NCBI GenBank assembly: GCA_964545075.1 | Contig: CAZJFS010000006.1 | Span: forward strand, 1-63,180 | Source of the DNA: an uncultured bacterium | Lineage (GTDB): Bacteria > Muiribacteriota > UBA9980 | Direction of reading: 5' to 3' | Length of the DNA: 63,180 nucleotides | Part shown: one piece after another, positions 9,767-18,650 of the stretch | Layout: each line of letters opens with the position of its first letter | How positions within the stretch are numbered: position 1 is the first letter of the stretch | Program-made: the position numbers and the translations under genes | Notes under the pieces: generated by a model | The model's input: the letters and a program-made list of their open reading frames with translations, nothing else | Told to the model about the DNA's origin: nothing | Database searches by the model: none

Positions 9767-12076
9767 TTACCACGCTTCAAATATTTTTTCAACGGCTTCG
9801 TCGTTTACCGAAAAAACGCCATGAGTTTTTTCATTTACGTCATTGTAAAAGAAAGCCGGAAGTTTCGTTCTTATATTTTCGCGACCGGAAGCATTATTGA
9901 AGGAATTTTCTTCTTTTATAAGTTTTTTCGCGATTCTGGCCGCTTCCTGAAAGGTTAGTTTTATATTATACCTTAAAGCGATTATTTTTACAAGAGAATT
10001 CCACAACTCTTGATTTTCGATAAGCGGGTATATTAAATTCGGACATAAACCAAGAGTATCCATAACATGAAAAGCCAGCTGCATATTGCGGGAAAATTCA
10101 ACCTGGCCTTCAGGATAGCTGGCGGTAACGGAAACGCCCGCATTTGAAATATTCGCGGCAGCGATATATCCCCAGGCTTTTTCTTCTGTTCCAATGGGAG
10201 ATGTGATATAAGAAACGCCAAGGCCCATTACGGCGCGCGGATCATAAGGCGGCATGGCCTCTCCCGATACGCTCACGGCGCAGCCGTCGCCTACGGATAT
10301 AGCCGCGGCATATGCGCCCTTTAATATTATCCTGCCAAGAACGGTCTGTTTGTCGATCTCTGACAGGCATGCGACCGCTATTTCGGCCGGCGAGCCTTTT
10401 TGCGTACCGGACCTGATAACTTCACATATTGCCAGAGCGATTTCGCTGAAATCAAGGCCTTTTTCCCTGCAATATCTGAGAATCCTGGCGATAACGTCGA
10501 AATTAAATATTTCGGACATAGTTCCAAGCTGCGCGATATGTTCATATTCGATATATGGCGTTTTGACGTTTTTATCATCGATAAAAATATTTTTGCATTT
10601 TACGAGGCATCCATCTATGCATGAAACGCCGCATGTTCCCTTTCGCTTTAGAATAATTTCACCAAGCGCCTGATGCGAAAGTTTGGCGATATCAGCGGAT
10701 TCGAATTTTTCATAACGGGCTATGGGCAGGGCGCCGCATTCATACAGCGGCATAACGAAGGACGCGGTGCCATACGGCGATATCATTTCCGATATGGTTC
10801 GATTTTTCAGCACGGCTTCGTTGAACTCGGAAACGAGTTTTTCATATTCGGATCTTTTTTCAATTGGAATTTCGGCAGGCATGGCGCATTCGCCGGCATC
10901 AAATACCATGGCGATAACCCCGAGGGCGCCCATTAAAAGACCGGGCCCATATTGTATGTCGGGATTTCCGGACGCGTCCGTCGCCGATATGGTAGCCGTG
11001 GCCGCTCCTTTTTGAGCCATCGGACCCGATACGATAAACGAGCAGCCGGCGCCGTGGACGCGCCTGAGCCTTTCCGTTATTTCATAATTATTAAGTCCGG
11101 CGAGGTTTTCGCCCGAAAGAAATTCAACCGAATTTTTCGAAAATTTCAAAACGTAATAATATCCCTGAGCGTCACCTTCGATTATTATTGAACGCATTCC
11201 CAGGGCCGCCATGGAAGACGCCGCGCCGGCCGGCCTCGTCATTATCTTTATTCCGTTCGTTCCGGGGCTTTTAGAACCTATCGCCAGCGAAGCGGAAGAG
11301 GTTATGCCGCTCCCCGCGAGCGCTCCGGGCGCCATAACTATCTTGTTAACTTTAACGGCGGGACTTTTCGGATCGATCTCCGAGCATATTATAGCCGAAC
11401 AGAGTGAACGGCCGAAAAGCGACGCCTTCTCCCTTTCGTCTAACTTATTGACGACGGACGCGATATTTTCAAATTTAACGGACCGTTCGAGGGTGTTTAC
11501 CCTTATGATTTTCTGATCGAATTCGCCGGCGAATGAAAACACGGACCCAGGAGTCGCAACGGAATTAAGAGTTAATATCCTGAAAGGGACGTTTTTCTGG
11601 CGAAAAAAAACCGAAATAAGATCTTTTTCGGCGGACGAAAGAACGGGCTCGTTAACGAGGAACCTCACTTGAAGGTTTTTAAAGCGCCTGGCCTGTTCAA
11701 GTATCGCCGAAGCCTCGGCCTCGACGATTTTCATATCTCCGGCGCGCACCGCTGAAACATTAGGCGAAATTTCAACTATATGCGCGCCGGCCCGGACCAT
11801 GGCATCCAGCAAAAGGCATTTTTCGGACGAGTGCGAGAGCCCCAACGGAAAATCTATCATGGTGGCGATCTTCGTCCTGGAATTTTTAAGTTTTTCGGCG
11901 GCCTGGCGTACCATGAACGGAGGAACGAGCACTTCTATGTAGTTATAGGCCAGCGCGCCTTCAATCACGTTCAGGACGGTCTCACGAGCTCCACCCGCCA
12001 TATCGATAAACGACCCGGAACATTTATAAAATTCTTTTTTTGAGATATTCATTATGCTATCACTTATAAACATCAC
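9767..12076 (-). CDS. Fusion: degenerate DeoC-like domain + aldehyde:ferredoxin oxidoreductase (AOR)-family domains
   Basis: aa ~15-175 align by eye to DeoC (IATMIDFPLG..AGAHIVEISPNVSAVRAGD); the rest has AOR features (KIIRVN, APGALAG, GSKSP, CxxxCxxxC, EYE, YDPRA, DTLGLC). Confidence 0.8.
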   Translation of the reverse strand: MMFISDSIMNISKKEFYKCSGSFIDMAGGARETVLNVIEGALAYNYIEVLVPPFMVRQAAEKLKNSRTKIATMIDFPLGLSHSSEKCLLLDAMVRAGAHIVEISPNVSAVRAGDMKIVEAEASAILEQARRFKNLQVRFLVNEPVLSSAEKDLISVFFRQKNVPFRILTLNSVATPGSVFSFAGEFDQKIIRVNTLERSVKFENIASVVNKLDEREKASLFGRSLCSAIICSEIDPKSPAVKVNKIVMAPGALAGSGITSSASLAIGSKSPGTNGIKIMTRPAGAASSMAALGMRSIIIEGDAQGYYYVLKFSKNSVEFLSGENLAGLNNYEITERLRRVHGAGCSFIVSGPMAQKGAATATISATDASGNPDIQYGPGLLMGALGVIAMVFDAGECAMPAEIPIEKRSEYEKLVSEFNEAVLKNRTISEMISPYGTASFVMPLYECGALPIARYEKFESADIAKLSHQALGEIILKRKGTCGVSCIDGCLVKCKNIFIDDKNVKTPYIEYEHIAQLGTMSEIFNFDVIARILRYCREKGLDFSEIALAICEVIRSGTQKGSPAEIAVACLSEIDKQTVLGRIILKGAYAAAISVGDGCAVSVSGEAMPPYDPRAVMGLGVSYITSPIGTEEKAWGYIAAANISNAGVSVTASYPEGQVEFSRNMQLAFHVMDTLGLCPNLIYPLIENQELWNSLVKIIALRYNIKLTFQEAARIAKKLIKEENSFNNASGRENIRTKLPAFFYNDVNEKTHGVFSVNDEAVEKIFEAW

Positions 12077-12109
12077 GCAAGGGGCATTTAAATTGCCCCT
12101 TGCTTTTTT
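12077..12109. terminator. GC-rich hairpin (10-bp stem) with T-run on the + strand, between the DeoC and AOR-fusion genes
   Basis: GCAAGGGGCA-tttaaat-TGCCCCTTGC-TTTTTT. Confidence 0.6.
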
Positions 12110-12151
12110 ATACGATGTAATAATTTTAAAAAGTATATATTGTAAAGGCTT

Positions 12152-13594
12152 TTAGTAGCCTTTTTTAGCGGACGCGACTCCCGAGACTATTGAAACGGAA
12201 GCGGAAGCGCCTATTCTTGTGGCGCCAGCGGCGATCATCGTTTTCGCTGTCTCAAGATCACGCACGCCGCCCGACGCCTTAACGCCCATGTCGGGACCGA
12301 CGGTCTTTCTCATCATGGCAATGTCGGCCGCCGTAGCGCCGCCCCCGGAAAATCCGGTGGACGTCTTTACGAAGTGAGCGCCGGCGCTCTTCGAAAGCCT
12401 GCAGGCGGTGACTTTTTCTTCATCGGTAAGAAGGCTTGTCTCAAGAATGACTTTAACGGTGTGGCCGCCGGCCGCGCGTACGACATCTCTGATATCGTCC
12501 TCTACCCGCTTCAAGTTTCCTGATTTAAGAGCGCCTATATTTATGACCATGTCTATTTCATCGGCGCCGTCAGCTATCGCCTGAACCGTTTCACAGGCTT
12601 TGGCGCTCGAGGAAGTGGCCCCGAGAGGAAAACCTACGACCGTACAGACCATTACGCCGGCATTTCTGAGACGATCCTTACAAAATTTAACCCAGCCGGG
12701 GTTTACGCAAACGGAAGCGAATTTGAATTTTCCGGCTTCTTCGCACAGCTTTTCAAATTCGGTCTGTTTAGCGTCCGGCTTTAATAGAGTGTGATCTATC
12801 ATTGAAGCCAGAGCCGAATCAAAAGCGCCCGGAACCGAACCTATACCGGGTGTAGCCGATATTCTCGCCGCTCCGGCGTTCTTAATGTTATTCACGGCGG
12901 ACTCACGTTTTACGAAACATTGGCCGCACTGCGAGCAATTCGATCCATCGCAGTTCGAAGCCGCGGGCACGTTTGAACAAGATCTTTCACATGCCGTTTC
13001 AAGGCCTCTGCAAATCCCGGACATCGGAACTACGGTTACGCCCATTTCGGTTAACTTCGCTATTTTCTGATTTATCTCGCGCATGATGGCCGGATTCGCG
13101 TTTCCAAGCTGGCTCAAAAGCGGCTCGGATGAAACTATTAAAGTTTTTTTATTGATCACGTGCCAGATAAGATAGTTACATACCATCGAATCGGTGTTCA
13201 AGCCTGAAATATGGGTCAGGGCCGAAAGCGAAAGAAAAGGAACTATCACGCTCTGGTACTTTTGCAGGAACAATGTCCTTTCCGCATAGCTGAATGAAGT
13301 ATAAATTTCACCGGCTTTTAAGCGAGAGCGAAGTTCAGCGACGTCAAAGACGGACTTAGCTCCGTCAGAGAGAAGTATGTCATATTTGAGCCCGCCGGCG
13401 CGTTCGATCTCACGATAGAAATCTTCCCGCATATTGGGAACGCCCGTAAAGACGATAAGGACTTTTCCGGATGACGCGGCTTCGGTTGAAGGCTTATAGG
13501 ACTGCGCCGTGGAACCGGAAACGTTACCCGTGGAAGTTTTAATCGTGCTCAAAACCTCGCGGGTGATCATATCGATCAAATTTTTATTATCCAT
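12152..13594 (-). CDS. deoC: BMC-associated deoxyribose-phosphate aldolase with N-terminal encapsulation peptide, flavoprotein-like domain and Cys-rich linker
   Basis: C-terminal DeoC intact ([54 protein letters not shown]); N-terminus [18 protein letters not shown] is an amphipathic EP-type helix. Confidence 0.9.
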   Translation of the reverse strand: MDNKNLIDMITREVLSTIKTSTGNVSGSTAQSYKPSTEAASSGKVLIVFTGVPNMREDFYREIERAGGLKYDILLSDGAKSVFDVAELRSRLKAGEIYTSFSYAERTLFLQKYQSVIVPFLSLSALTHISGLNTDSMVCNYLIWHVINKKTLIVSSEPLLSQLGNANPAIMREINQKIAKLTEMGVTVVPMSGICRGLETACERSCSNVPAASNCDGSNCSQCGQCFVKRESAVNNIKNAGAARISATPGIGSVPGAFDSALASMIDHTLLKPDAKQTEFEKLCEEAGKFKFASVCVNPGWVKFCKDRLRNAGVMVCTVVGFPLGATSSSAKACETVQAIADGADEIDMVINIGALKSGNLKRVEDDIRDVVRAAGGHTVKVILETSLLTDEEKVTACRLSKSAGAHFVKTSTGFSGGGATAADIAMMRKTVGPDMGVKASGGVRDLETAKTMIAAGATRIGASASVSIVSGVASAKKGY

Positions 13595-13682
13595 GTTAAT
13601 TCTCCCGTCATTATGAAAAAATGGTCATGCCGTTTCATCGCCGTTTTTTAAAAAACGGTTCATGAATTTCCACGCGATATTA

Positions 13683-14036
13683 TTACAGCGTGGAAGCGGT
13701 GGGGAGTATCCTTTCTACGTCTTCGTGCGGAGAAGGAATCACATGAACGCTTATGAGCTTTCCGACTTTTGAAGCCGCCTGAGCGCCAGCGTCAGTAGCC
13801 GCTTTTACAGCGCCTACGTCGCCTCTTACCATGCAGGTAACATAGCCTGCGCCGATCTGTTTCCATCCGATAAGTTCCACGTTAGCGGCTTTGACCATTG
13901 CGTCTCCAGCCTCTATCATAGGGATCAATCCGTAGGTTTCGATCATTCCGAGCGCTTTTTTCACATTAATCATCCTTTCGTTATTTTCGATTATTATTTT
14001 TTCATTTATCGTTTTTTCTTGCTTACTCTTGGACAT
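13683..14036 (-). CDS. BMC hexameric shell protein (BMC-H, EutM/PduA-like)
   Basis: [42 protein letters not shown]. Start may be downstream (GTG before KKALG, with AGGA RBS). Confidence 0.95.
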   Translation of the reverse strand: MSKSKQEKTINEKIIIENNERMINVKKALGMIETYGLIPMIEAGDAMVKAANVELIGWKQIGAGYVTCMVRGDVGAVKAATDAGAQAASKVGKLISVHVIPSPHEDVERILPTASTL

Positions 14037-14082
14037 TTACACCAGCTCTTTATGGTTAAAATATATATCAGGAAAAGCTAAT

Positions 14083-14370
14083 TTACTTTGCCTCCACCCA
14101 TCCGTCCAGATCGACCGTATCGACGACGCCGACTATAACTAGATTGACCGGCATCTTATTTCTTTTCAAGACTATTTTCGCCGAACCGCCTTCTTTAAGT
14201 ATGAGCACCAGATCGCCTTCACCGGCGTCCACCGAATCAACGGCCACAAGGGGTTTTCCAACAGGATTTCCCGAAATGTCGGTCTGCTTGACAAGCATCA
14301 GTTTGAAGCCTTCAAGCGTTTTATTCTTTATGGTGGAAACTACGTTCCCTATGACCTTTCCAAGTATCAT
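14083..14370 (-). CDS. BMC pentameric vertex protein (BMC-P, EutN/CcmL)
   Basis: MILGKVIGNVVSTIK..LEGFKLMLV..VAVDSVDAGEGDLVL..IVGVVD. Confidence 0.95.
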   Translation of the reverse strand: MILGKVIGNVVSTIKNKTLEGFKLMLVKQTDISGNPVGKPLVAVDSVDAGEGDLVLILKEGGSAKIVLKRNKMPVNLVIVGVVDTVDLDGWVEAK

Positions 14371-14380
14371 TACGATGCCC

Positions 14381-14668
14381 CTACGTTATTTTCAGCAGAT
14401 TCAATCCTGATTTTATTTCATCGATTATTCCGATTATACCCATGTCCGTCGGCGTATTCGGTTCACTGAACGCGTTCGTGGCTTCACGGCTTTCGATGAT
14501 CAATACGACTTCGCCGTTTCCGGCGCCGACGGTATCGACGGCCACGAAAGGCGGCCCTATCGCCGTAAGTTCCTCATTTATAGGCTCAACGAAAAGCATT
14601 TTGCTTCCCTTAAGCGTCTCCCATTTACAGGTCGAAACGAGGCTCCCGCATACGCGTCCAAGTATCAT
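14381..14668 (-). CDS. BMC pentameric vertex protein (BMC-P, EutN/CcmL)
   Basis: MILGRVCGSLVSTCK..VAVDTVGAGNGEVVL..PTDMGIIGIID. Confidence 0.95.
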   Translation of the reverse strand: MILGRVCGSLVSTCKWETLKGSKMLFVEPINEELTAIGPPFVAVDTVGAGNGEVVLIIESREATNAFSEPNTPTDMGIIGIIDEIKSGLNLLKIT

Positions 14669-15354
14669 TCGAAGCGCACCGTTATCCCCTTAGCCCGCGC
14701 CGCGTCCTTCGCGAGGTCAGTAACTATAGTGCCTTTAGCGATAATAAGTTCCGTCCCGCCCTGGCATTTTTTGACGTATTCCTCGGAGATCAATACGGGA
14801 TGAGATACGCTTGCGACCGGGTTCGATGCGTTTCCGCCGTAACCTATGGCCGCGAGAACTCTTGTTATTATCGTTTTTACAAGACCTTCGTCCAGCGATC
14901 CGCCTGATACGGATGCGAACGGAGCGTAGTTTAATATTTTATCGACCCTTTTCGAATGGCGTCCGCCTTCGAATTTAGCTTCGATAAAAGTATCCACGAG
15001 CTTTTTAGCAAGGCCCGTGCCTACGACCATCGATCCCATGCACATAACGTTGGCGCCGTTGTGCTCGCGGGCATTGCGCGTAACGTAAAGTTCATTGCAT
15101 ACCGCGGCGAGAACGCCGGGAACGCGGTTTGCGCACATGGATGATCCGATACCGGCGCCGTCAATCATGATCCCGACCGCCCTGGGGTCGGCCGAAACGT
15201 ATTCAGCCACCTTGAAGGCAAAATCGGGATAATCGCAGGCGTCCTTCGATTTCGTTCCAACGTCGATCACGTTATGGTTCAAGCTTTTCAGGTAATCGAC
15301 AATGACGCATTTAAGATCATAGCCGCCATGATCGGCTCCTATGACTATGTCCAT
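14665..15354 (-). CDS. rpiB: RpiB/LacAB-family sugar-phosphate isomerase with encapsulation peptide and extra C-terminal domain
   Basis: IGADHGG, DYPD, AREHNGANV, FEGGRHSKRV; then LDEGLVKTIITRVLAAI (EP-like) and a ~45-aa tail. Confidence 0.9.
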   Translation of the reverse strand: MDIVIGADHGGYDLKCVIVDYLKSLNHNVIDVGTKSKDACDYPDFAFKVAEYVSADPRAVGIMIDGAGIGSSMCANRVPGVLAAVCNELYVTRNAREHNGANVMCMGSMVVGTGLAKKLVDTFIEAKFEGGRHSKRVDKILNYAPFASVSGGSLDEGLVKTIITRVLAAIGYGGNASNPVASVSHPVLISEEYVKKCQGGTELIIAKGTIVTDLAKDAARAKGITVRFE

Positions 15355-15379
15355 AGCTTTTCCACCTTTTTAAAAGCGA

Positions 15380-15664
15380 TTATTTTTCATCAAACTGAGG
15401 AATGAGCTTTTCGGTTTCTGCGTGCGGACGAGGGATTACGTGAACGCTCAAAAGTTCCCCGACCCTCTGCGCAGCCTGAGCGCCAGCGTCAGTAGCCGCT
15501 TTTACAGCGCCTACATCGCCTCTTACCATAGCCGTTACAAGGCCGGCGCCTATCTGTACCTGCCCGACGAGAGTTACGTTAGCGGCCTTTACCATAGCAT
15601 CAGCGGCTTCTATCGAACCGATGAGGCCTTTTGTCTCTACCATACCTAATGCTTCTTTAATCAT
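15380..15664 (-). CDS. BMC hexameric shell protein (BMC-H, EutM/PduA-like)
   Basis: [46 protein letters not shown]. Confidence 0.97.
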   Translation of the reverse strand: MIKEALGMVETKGLIGSIEAADAMVKAANVTLVGQVQIGAGLVTAMVRGDVGAVKAATDAGAQAAQRVGELLSVHVIPRPHAETEKLIPQFDEK

Positions 15665-15699
15665 TGTGTAATACCCCTTTCAAATAATTAGGTGCAATC

Positions 15700-15728
15700 A
15701 TTATATTATTAATTTCACAAAATGTCAA
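15700..15728 (-). promoter_or_regulatory. Consensus sigma70 promoter of the BMC operon
   Basis: Minus strand TTGACA-17 nt-TATAAT, ~35 nt upstream of the first BMC-H start. Confidence 0.85.
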
Positions 15729-16074
15729 GCCCGCCGGTTCTAACTATTTCATATCATCATGCGTCGGAACCGCTATCGGTTAAACCTTGAAATAGCATAT
15801 TAATAAAAAAAATATTGTTGATTTTATTTTTTCATCCGCCGAATTATTTCTTTTAACTAACTTTATCCGTATAATCGCGAACAGAGTCGGCGCAAAACTT
15901 AAAATACCGCTCGTTATTATCGCGGCGGCCGAAAACGATACGATCGCAAAGCCATAAGGCGCATGAGTTTCATGCAATCGTAAACGCCTTGCATCCTGAA
16001 ATTCAAAATTTACGACGCTTATCTCTAAAAACGCAGCCGGCCTCGGCAATAAGCGGACTATTTCGAAATAGCCG

Positions 16075-16103
16075 TTGTAAAAAAGCTTAAAATATTGTAT
16101 AAT
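16075..16103 (+). promoter_or_regulatory. sigma70 promoter with extended -10
   Basis: TTGTAA-17-TATAAT, TG before the -10, upstream of 16162. Confidence 0.6.
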
Positions 16104-16161
16104 GAATATTGAATTAGTTTAACTTTAAACCCAAAATAACTTTCTGGAGGTAAGCCCGAAC

Positions 16162-16821
16162 ATGACCGACGACAAAGATAAAACTCCGCCGGCTTCTCAA
16201 AACGCAAATGTTAAGTCGATATGGCAGAAATCAAATCCTTTCGGAAAATTCGAATCTAAAAAAATACATAGGACCCAGGAAGATGAAGACAGGGAAAAGG
16301 CGGAAATAGCGGCCGCCGCAAAAAAAGCCGAGCCCAAGGTCGAAGAAATCCTCAATATTCCAACCAGCGAGCTGACCGAAGAGCAGATCGACGTCCTTAA
16401 AAAAAAGGGCAAATTGCCGACCGTTATAAAAGTGGTCGATTTTACGGGCTCCACGGAAGGGGCTTTGATAAAAATATTGATTTCCGTGAGAAATTGCGGA
16501 GATGCTCTTGCGCGCGACGTTAAGGTCAAGTGCATAGGCAACGCGAGGCTTAGAGCGGCATCAAGCCCGATGGCCCCGGTCGGAGACATAGTCACTAAAT
16601 CAAAGGGCGTGGCCCAATTCACTTATGAAATGCCCAACAATTTTTGCGAGGAATACGCTAACTTCGCCGTGTCGGCCGAAGCCGAAAATTCAAAAACTTT
16701 TTCACAGCTTTTTACCGTAAAAACGGGAAGGCGCCCGCTTTCAGCGTCCGAGATCATGCAGAAAGTCGAAGCGGAAGCGCGCGGCCAGAACAAAGTCAAG
16801 CCACCCGTCGGCGGCGGTTAA
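16162..16821 (+). CDS. Hypothetical protein, charged N-terminus and Ig-like/CARDB-like beta domain
   Basis: RBS GGAGG; beta pattern IKILISVRNCGDALARDVKV..VGDI..AQFTYEM. Confidence 0.6.
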   Translation: MTDDKDKTPPASQNANVKSIWQKSNPFGKFESKKIHRTQEDEDREKAEIAAAAKKAEPKVEEILNIPTSELTEEQIDVLKKKGKLPTVIKVVDFTGSTEGALIKILISVRNCGDALARDVKVKCIGNARLRAASSPMAPVGDIVTKSKGVAQFTYEMPNNFCEEYANFAVSAEAENSKTFSQLFTVKTGRRPLSASEIMQKVEAEARGQNKVKPPVGGG

Positions 16822-17183
16822 TTCTGCCTGGCGCCGTATTTTAATGAAACCCGCGGCATCGAGGCTTTAGGTATGCAATATATTTCAAATTTGACGGGAT
16901 CGAGTCTATAAGGCGAACCCCACGGATCAAGCGGCTTTGTAGCAAGGTACTTTCCGACGAGAGCGTCGATGGACGGCGGGTATTGCCCGCGCGTATCGAC
17001 ACGGTACATTTTTATGGCGTTCTTAATGCTTTCCAGATCCTGAGCGGCCCTGATGTGCCTCGCATCGTTCACGTTATTGTTGTAGTATATGGCGGCGAAC
17101 GACGCCAGAATGCTCATTATGGTAATCACCACGATAAGCTCTATCAGCGAAAAACCTTTTTCGGGATTATCGTATCGTTTCAT
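16818..17183 (-). CDS. Type IV pilin / GspG-like pseudopilin
   Basis: Class III signal KGFSLIELIVVITIMSILA; YRVDTRGQYP..L...YL...PLDPWGSPY. Confidence 0.9.
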   Translation of the reverse strand: MKRYDNPEKGFSLIELIVVITIMSILASFAAIYYNNNVNDARHIRAAQDLESIKNAIKMYRVDTRGQYPPSIDALVGKYLATKPLDPWGSPYRLDPVKFEIYCIPKASMPRVSLKYGARQN

Positions 17184-17317
17184 ATTTTTTCCTCCGGCGC
17201 CCCCGGCGTCATTCTGACTCCCTATTTAAATATTAGCACAACGTGACCCGTTAATCAATAGCGCCAGCTTTATTTTTTCCATACCCATAAGCAATTCCAA
17301 TTTTCATGAAGATTTTA

Positions 17318-18643
17318 TCACCTGGAACCCGAAGGCGTGTGGATTGAGCAAGATACAAAACCCGCCGCGTCAAGCGAATATTTTCCGCCGTCAGGGCACT
17401 CGGGAATATCGCGCAGATAGCGTTTTTTTATAAGATCATTGATCGCTTTAACATCGATCGTTCCAACCTCTTCAGTATCGCTGATATCGTTTATAAATAT
17501 GGCGTAGTCTAAAATTCTTCTGTTCTCGGAACAGATATTGCGCCGATATTTTCCGCGAAGGTCCTTCAGATTGAATATTTTATCGGTAAATAGGGGAAGA
17601 CTGCCATGGATCGGACACGTTACGTGGTTGACGTAATTGGTATAATATTTTCCGGTTTCGGGGCATCGAAGTTCGGTGCCTTCAAAAAAACTGAATAATT
17701 TCTTGTTCGAGAACTCTTCATAAGCGATAAGATATTCGCTCGGTGAAAACGCGGCTTCCGAAGTTTCCGAAGCCGTCAGTTTTTTCATCTCTACGTTGAA
17801 ATTTATGGCCGTCTCCACTATAAACGTTTTTAAATTACATAGTATTTCCGATTCTACCGTAAATCTTTCAAATTTATCCAGTTTGGAATTTTTCAATATT
17901 TTGAAAATATTCGACAGATAATTCGATGAAAGATTAGCGTCATCCTGTTTCAGGTACATTTTAAACAGTCTGAAATTTGACATCAGGTGGTCTTTTTTCA
18001 TTGAAACCGCGGTAGTATAATACTTTATCGCCTCGGTTTCCTTGCCGTTCGATTCGTATAAAACCCCCATATTATAAACCGGCGCCACGAGCTTTCTGTC
18101 AACGAGCATGGCGGTCTTGAATTCGACTTCCGCTTCCGCCGCGAAACCGAGCGCGTGAAAGCAGGTTCCAAGCGAATCGTGAAAGTTGGCGTTGTTAGGC
18201 TGAAGTTCCACGGCCTTTTTCAGCAGTTGAAGCCCCATGGTAGCCGTAGCGGGACGTTTGGCGTATATAACGCCAAGGTTATTCAAAGCATCCGCAAAAT
18301 CAGGATTTAATTTTAACGCCGCTTTAAATTCGAATATGGCTTCGTCGTATTTTTGAAGCCGCATTTTGGCATATCCCAAGTTATTATAAGCCTCGGCGAA
18401 TTCATACCCGGATTCGGCGATCTTTCGAAACACGGCCTCGGCGGCTTCAAAATTCATATCGTTTATGTAATCGACGCCGGTCTTATAAAGCTTTCTTATA
18501 TCTTCGCGCGTTTCACAACTCGCGTTTTCTATTAAAACGAAAGACAACCCAGCCGCCATAAAAAATAAAAAAGCATAAAAGAAGTATCTTTGATATGCTT
18601 TTTGAAATATATTCACGTTTATATTATTTTTTTTTATTTTCAT
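17318..18643 (-). CDS. TPR protein with two C-terminal pilin-head-like Cys/His modules
   Basis: TM segment, TPRs (AYNNLGYA, ALNNLGVIY), then CPETGKY..VTCPIHG and CPDGGKY..VSCSIH. Likely start 18643 (MKIKK). Confidence 0.75.
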   Translation of the reverse strand: MKIKKNNINVNIFQKAYQRYFFYAFLFFMAAGLSFVLIENASCETREDIRKLYKTGVDYINDMNFEAAEAVFRKIAESGYEFAEAYNNLGYAKMRLQKYDEAIFEFKAALKLNPDFADALNNLGVIYAKRPATATMGLQLLKKAVELQPNNANFHDSLGTCFHALGFAAEAEVEFKTAMLVDRKLVAPVYNMGVLYESNGKETEAIKYYTTAVSMKKDHLMSNFRLFKMYLKQDDANLSSNYLSNIFKILKNSKLDKFERFTVESEILCNLKTFIVETAINFNVEMKKLTASETSEAAFSPSEYLIAYEEFSNKKLFSFFEGTELRCPETGKYYTNYVNHVTCPIHGSLPLFTDKIFNLKDLRGKYRRNICSENRRILDYAIFINDISDTEEVGTIDVKAINDLIKKRYLRDIPECPDGGKYSLDAAGFVSCSIHTPSGSR

Positions 18644-18650
18644 GCGGTTA

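Noticed and set aside
15706-15722. Rex-like TTGTGAA in the BMC promoter spacer
   Set aside because: Only one half-site matches; the other half (ATAATAT) does not.
15780-16049. 89-aa minus-strand ORF or possible ncRNA between the BMC promoter and 16162
   Set aside because: TTG start without RBS and no recognisable protein or RNA motif; cannot be supported.
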